A stretch of DNA of 64,000 nucleotides from Amoebophrya sp. A120 (Eukaryota > Protista > Dinoflagellata): the NCBI GenBank assembly GCA_905178155.1, contig CAJINV010000004.1:7272548-7336547 (forward strand), read 5' to 3'. Within the stretch, counting starts at the first letter, position 1. The number at the start of each line of letters is the position of its first letter. Position numbers and translations under genes: made by a program. Positions 59,189-64,000 of the stretch are shown piece after piece. Under the pieces are notes generated by a model. That model had not been told where the DNA came from. It saw only the letters and a program-made list of their open reading frames with translations, and did no database searches.

Positions 59189-61365
59189 TCACTTCTTCGC
59201 CCCAACCTTCTTCACGACGACCTTTTTCGACGCTTTCCCCCCACCTTTTCCCTTCCCCTTCCCCTTTCCGGATGACCCGCCTCCACTTTTCCCCGCCCCC
59301 TTTTTTTCCTTTTGACTCTTCAGCCACTTTTTCGACCGCAACAGCTGCCGTTGCTCTTGACTAGTGAGTGTTTTTAACGCCTTCTTCTTCATGCACTGCT
59401 TCACGCGCTTTCCCAAGGAGACCTTCTCGGACTCGATTTTCTTCTGTTGTTTCTTTTTTTCCAGCTCTTCCGCTTCCTCAACTTTGGAGAACCGTAATTT
59501 CCGCTCAGAAATGATTATCTCCTCCTTCGATTTAATCAACTTCGTCGCACTCGCCCGGTCGTCGAATTGGACGAAAGCGAAGCCTTTGGAAAACTGCGTG
59601 GTACTGTCGCGGACGATCCGGGTCTTCGTGATCGTCCCGAAGGGGGTCAGTTTTTGCTCCAAAGCGTGCTCGGAGAGGGAAACGGGAAGATTTCCGACGA
59701 AAACAGATTTCTTGCGGGAAAATTCGCCTGTGAGCTGGGAAGATTTTTGCGTAGTTGAGCTGCTGCCATTATTTTGTGCGGAATCATCTTCTGCAGCTTT
59801 ATCTGGTTTATCCTCATCCCCCTTCTTGCCCTTCTTCTGCGTTTTAGATTTTTTTGAGGAATCATCTGTTCCCACACGCTTCTCGTTCACATTCTGCTGC
59901 TCAGGCTTCACCAGCGGTTCTGCGACACATCGGTGTTCCTCGTCAAAAAATTCTCCGTTGATTTTCTTCGCCAGCTTCTCCATCAACGGCAAAGCCTCCT
60001 TCCGCAAGACTACATACGCGTTTTTGCTGCTCCCGTGCTCCGCGTACGCCTTCGTTGCGTGCGCCGCGCGGCGGTTGTTCACGAACTTAGCGTCCACCGG
60101 GAGGGACCGGAAACGGAGGCATTCAATGCGCAGGAGCAGGTCGATAATGACGGGAATAGTAGTTGTAGTACTACATGATGTGGCACCTGGTTTCATCTCG
60201 ACTTTGTCACTACCAAAAGCAGGAGTCGCACTCGCAGCTGCTGGCCGAGTTATTAAGTTGTATTTCTCGATCACTCCATCGATCTTCCGTTGTTGCTCCG
60301 CATCCCACTTAAGTCGCGGATCCAGCTCGTGCCGCGCCTCGCCGGAGGCTGGCGTAGCTGCCGGCTCGTAGTCTTTGAGTGGGTCTGCTCCTCCGACCAA
60401 GAGCGATTCCCCATCCACGGCCACAATCGGGTCGCCGAAATGCTCGGAAGACTGGAAGCAGTGATACACATGTGTTTTCGACGGATCTTCTGTATCGCGG
60501 TCCTCGCACGTCTTGATGTGTAGATCTTGTTTTTGGATAGTTTGCTCGACTGCAGCGGACCGTATCTGGGTGGTGAGGAACTGCTTCAGCTGCTTGTCCG
60601 TCCAGGAGAGGGGGATCTGGGAAATGTTTTGAAAATGGATATTTAAAGAGAAGATAGTGCGGCTGCAGAAAAAGTAGCTTTCAGACCACTGATTTCAGGC
60701 CACGAAGCACACTATCAAATATGAACTACTTACTCGTCGCTAGTATGCGAGTGCGAGCTGACACTCGGAAAATCTAAATCATCATTTTGTTGAAGTACGT
60801 GCCCCACGAACAGCGTTCGCTTGTTGCGCTCCTCCTCGGATTCGGCTGTGATTGTTGGCCCGGCAGCGCCCTGCAATCCGTCTTCTGCTGTCCCGGCACC
60901 GCTACCATCAGCTCTCTGCTGCTGCTTTTTCTTCCCCTTTTTCGATTTTGCATCCACCACGGCATTGCCCCCAAGTAGCATTTTTGCCACGTCGCCGTCT
61001 TTTACGTTAGGGTTAGCTGCCACAACATCGACTTCCCGTGCCTCCCTCTTTCCGTCACGCTGAAACTTTCGGACGGCCTGGAGTGCGGCCTGCAGCTTCT
61101 GGGCATTTTTCTTCTCCATCTCTGCGTCCTTGATAACGTGGTCCTTCTTGTTGATCGGTTTTGAAGAAGAAGATGCAGAGGGCTTAGAACCGCCACTGAT
61201 CATGGCGCTTCTACCAGTCTTCGTTGGAACTTGGACATTTTTGTCATTGCCCGACGTGGACTTTGATGAAGTCCTTCCTGAACCCCCGAAGATACTCGCC
61301 AAACCTGTTTTCTCCTGCTCTGCGCTTTCGCCAGCGCGCGCGCTGATCAAATCCGCAAGGCCCAT
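59189..61365 (-). CDS. Two-RRM nucleolar protein, RBM34/Nop12-like
   Basis: ERNKRTLFVGH, LRFRSLPV, KNAYVV, KSVFVGNLP...RIVRDSTTQFSKGFAFVQF, Lys-rich tail. One GT-AG intron near 60618-60797. Confidence 0.75.
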
Positions 61366-62606
61366 GGTTGTGCAGTGGTCGTTTAGATTCTTGTTCTGTG
61401 ACGCCGATGTATGATGGTTCTTTAGGTTTAGAAGAACTGATTCCAAGAATGGTGTTGTTGATTTTTAGTAGCTCCGAAAACCGCACCAAATTCACCTGCA
61501 ATTACGAGACAAATTATACGTTGACATATGAAACGCAATCCGCGCCAGTGAAACGTCTGGCGCAACCTGTGCGCGTGCCGCTTGTTCTAGAACAATTCTC
61601 ACAACCACGACTCCGAGGACGAGTTGTAGTTCTAGCACCTCAGCCAAAAATTAGAAGTGCTGCTCCCAGAGGTGGCGATCTTCGCAATTGATCGTCCATT
61701 TTTTCGAACGGCTGCATTTTATCGAAGTTTTTGCCGGCGGGATCAGATCTACAATTTCGTAGGATCTCAACAAGCTGATCCTCTGGACTTGATTATGATT
61801 CCGCTATCGCTACTTCAACACATTACTGGATCGGTGAATTTAAATTCGGGAGACGAGAGCCAACGGAGCCGAACCAACTTCTTCTCGGTCGACAGCAGTG
61901 CCGCGGCGGCCTTATTTCGAAGCCCCACTACGACTCTTTCCCTCAACCATGTGATGTGCAGCAGTGACAGCATGTAAGGATTATGCGTCATGGTATCGTA
62001 TCTATTGTACACAAAGCAAAAGCTGCAAAAGAAGTCGGAAACACAGAGTCAGAGCGCCTACGTGTACGCCCATCCGAGTTGATTTGCAGTGGAATTTTCA
62101 TATCTTTTTACGTTTATCGCGACAACCGATGTCACTCGGGCTGCGGTAGAAGGCAGGACTGGCTTGCAACGACGTTCTTGACTTCTCTTCCGGTGTTTTC
62201 GCAAAAATCCTCGCTCGTCCTCACCGTAAATTGAACTTCGGGGTCGTTGGCAGCATATAGCGTCGCCTTCTAAAACAAGGAGGCACTTCTAGCGAGCTCC
62301 CGTCTCTTCGACGCACGGACCGGACGCTGCTGCTCGCGCAACTCCTCAGGTTCCTCTTCCAGCTCACGACGCTGTCGGGCCAATCAAAGCGCAAAAAAAC
62401 TTATTATCATGCCTGTCCATGTAAGTAAGCTAATTGTTTGCAGCGTGGTCTTATGATTATCCGTGATTATCTTCTTTGAGAATTACTCTTTCTGAACAAG
62501 AAAGCAGTCGGGGGCGTATCAAAAAAATTCGTGCTCCGCATCTTCAAAACTTCGAACCTAGTCGACACGAAAGAGCGGTGAGAGCTGACTCAGGAGAGCG
62601 CTCATA

Positions 62607-63968
62607 TCAAAAATCACTCACTCCCGCGGTTTCCGAGCCATTACTCCCACTGGGACGTCCCAGCTCGCTCACCAACGTCGGCGGGTAGAGTCCCTCCCAG
62701 ACGGTCTCGCCGTTGGCAGCACGGAGAACTCTTGCGGGACCGAAAAGGGGGCGGAAGAATGGCAGCCAGTGCTGCTGAAGTTTGGGTCGAGGTTCTAAAT
62801 GCTCCCAACAACCGATGTCCCACGTCCCTCGTCCTGGCAGGTGTCTAACGCTGGCACTCTGGAAGTAACACGACTTGGGCTCCAGGCTCCTTGTGAGATC
62901 CACATTGAGAAAATGCTCGGGCACTTCCCGCCCGATTAGATCGGTTAAGCCAGCACTCACCAGCAGGGAGAAGATGTTCGTCGTTGGCACGCCAGCATTG
63001 GCTGCGGCTTTGCAGGTCTGCAGAAAACGACCTCGGTCGCGAGCGCACAGCTGCGCTTGTGCCCGTACATCCATGGGCGCTTCCCAGCCTTGGAATTTCT
63101 GGGAGCTGAACCACATGTACTTCGGTACCAAAACGTTAAACAAATCCAGCCAGTTCTCCTGACTGCCGTAAACTTCTGTATCCGCTGGCGCTGCACCATT
63201 ATGCTGCAACTGCGTCATCACATCCTGCATCAAAGGAACGGAAGCTACGCCCGCCCGTGCCCATGCGAGAGGAATCGCACAAGCCACCTTGTCATCCGCA
63301 TCACGCAGCTCCTCACCCTCTTCCTGAGGCCACCGAGGATGTACCCCCGGGAACGGACCATAGTGAACCTTCTTTTCGACCCACTCTCCGCGGAGGATCG
63401 CGCGCTGGTCCCGCAGGGCCAGAAACACGTTTCGATTCTCCTGCGTCTCGGCCCGAGTTTTCCAGTACTGATAAAGAATCATGGGCCCATCTGAACGTTG
63501 TCCGATCGGGGTGTAAACGGAAAACGGCGAAGCCGACGCCGAGGCGGAGGATGAACTTGAAGGTTGTTCTGCAGCTGCAACGCCAGCTGCCGGAACATGC
63601 TCGCCGCGCCCGTTGGTCGTTACAGTTTCCGTTCTCTCAACTCTCTTGCACATCAGCAGCCCCGCCATAGCTTGAGTAGCAAACGCTTGAGCCGTACCCC
63701 CTTGCATGGGGGGATAGAACCCGCCCTCGTCCCTGGCAAGGAACGGAAAATCGGTCCCAGCACTTCGCAGTTGACTGGGTAGCTTGTCGGCGATTCGCTT
63801 TGCGGCCCTGGATTCGAATATCCGTGCGGCATACTCATGCTCAACATTTATTTCGGTCGTTGCAGGCCGAACAGACGAAGACACTACTACTCCAAGGAAC
63901 GTAGATAAGTAAAAAACCGCCAATCCCATGATCGGCCTGCGCATTCGGCGTTCCAAAAACATGCCCAT
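62607..63968 (-). CDS. Hypothetical secreted protein (453-aa ORF)
   Basis: Uninterrupted ORF with hydrophobic N-terminus IMGLAVFYLSTFLGVVVSSS. No family recognised. Confidence 0.55.
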   Translation of the reverse strand: MGMFLERRMRRPIMGLAVFYLSTFLGVVVSSSVRPATTEINVEHEYAARIFESRAAKRIADKLPSQLRSAGTDFPFLARDEGGFYPPMQGGTAQAFATQAMAGLLMCKRVERTETVTTNGRGEHVPAAGVAAAEQPSSSSSASASASPFSVYTPIGQRSDGPMILYQYWKTRAETQENRNVFLALRDQRAILRGEWVEKKVHYGPFPGVHPRWPQEEGEELRDADDKVACAIPLAWARAGVASVPLMQDVMTQLQHNGAAPADTEVYGSQENWLDLFNVLVPKYMWFSSQKFQGWEAPMDVRAQAQLCARDRGRFLQTCKAAANAGVPTTNIFSLLVSAGLTDLIGREVPEHFLNVDLTRSLEPKSCYFQSASVRHLPGRGTWDIGCWEHLEPRPKLQQHWLPFFRPLFGPARVLRAANGETVWEGLYPPTLVSELGRPSGSNGSETAGVSDF

Positions 63969-64000
63969 TTTTGTTCAGTTCCACTGCATGCGACAAAACG

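Noticed and set aside
59364-60371. 335-aa plus-strand ORF
   Set aside because: Antisense shadow of the RBM34-like coding exon.
60681-60785. Box C/D snoRNA in the RBM34-like intron (ATGATGA...CTGA on the minus strand)
   Set aside because: No clear terminal stem or recognisable rRNA-complementary guide.

Overview
Eukaryotic, gene-dense genomic DNA. About 13 protein genes all lie on the minus strand: importin-alpha-like, XTBD protein, large low-complexity protein, DUF3431-like secreted protein, DRP5/ARC5-type dynamin, repeat-rich protein, carbamoyl-phosphate synthetase II, PP2C, unknown, putative mitochondrial helical-repeat protein, RPS15A, RBM34/Nop12-like, and a secreted unknown. The dominant feature is 61 hand-counted MITE-like insertions of 108-323 bp in about 11 terminal-inverted-repeat families. 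Nearly all run TAT...ATA, most are flanked by 5-bp direct repeats, and all sit inside coding sequence. Where checked, removing the element plus one repeat copy restores the reading frame, so they appear to act as mostly non-GT-AG introns (introners). This architecture and the alveolate-type genes suggest the parasitic dinoflagellate Amoebophrya (Syndiniales), where such introners are known; that is inference. Within the system, all families share an 8-bp box (TGTNATGC) often repeated about 32 bp apart. Elements occur in both orientations, cluster 41-65 bp apart, and the same box appears in some canonical introns. Also found: two tandem dual-guide box C/D snoRNAs and an unexplained GC-rich island. 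Coordinates were read by eye and gene starts and exon borders are approximate.
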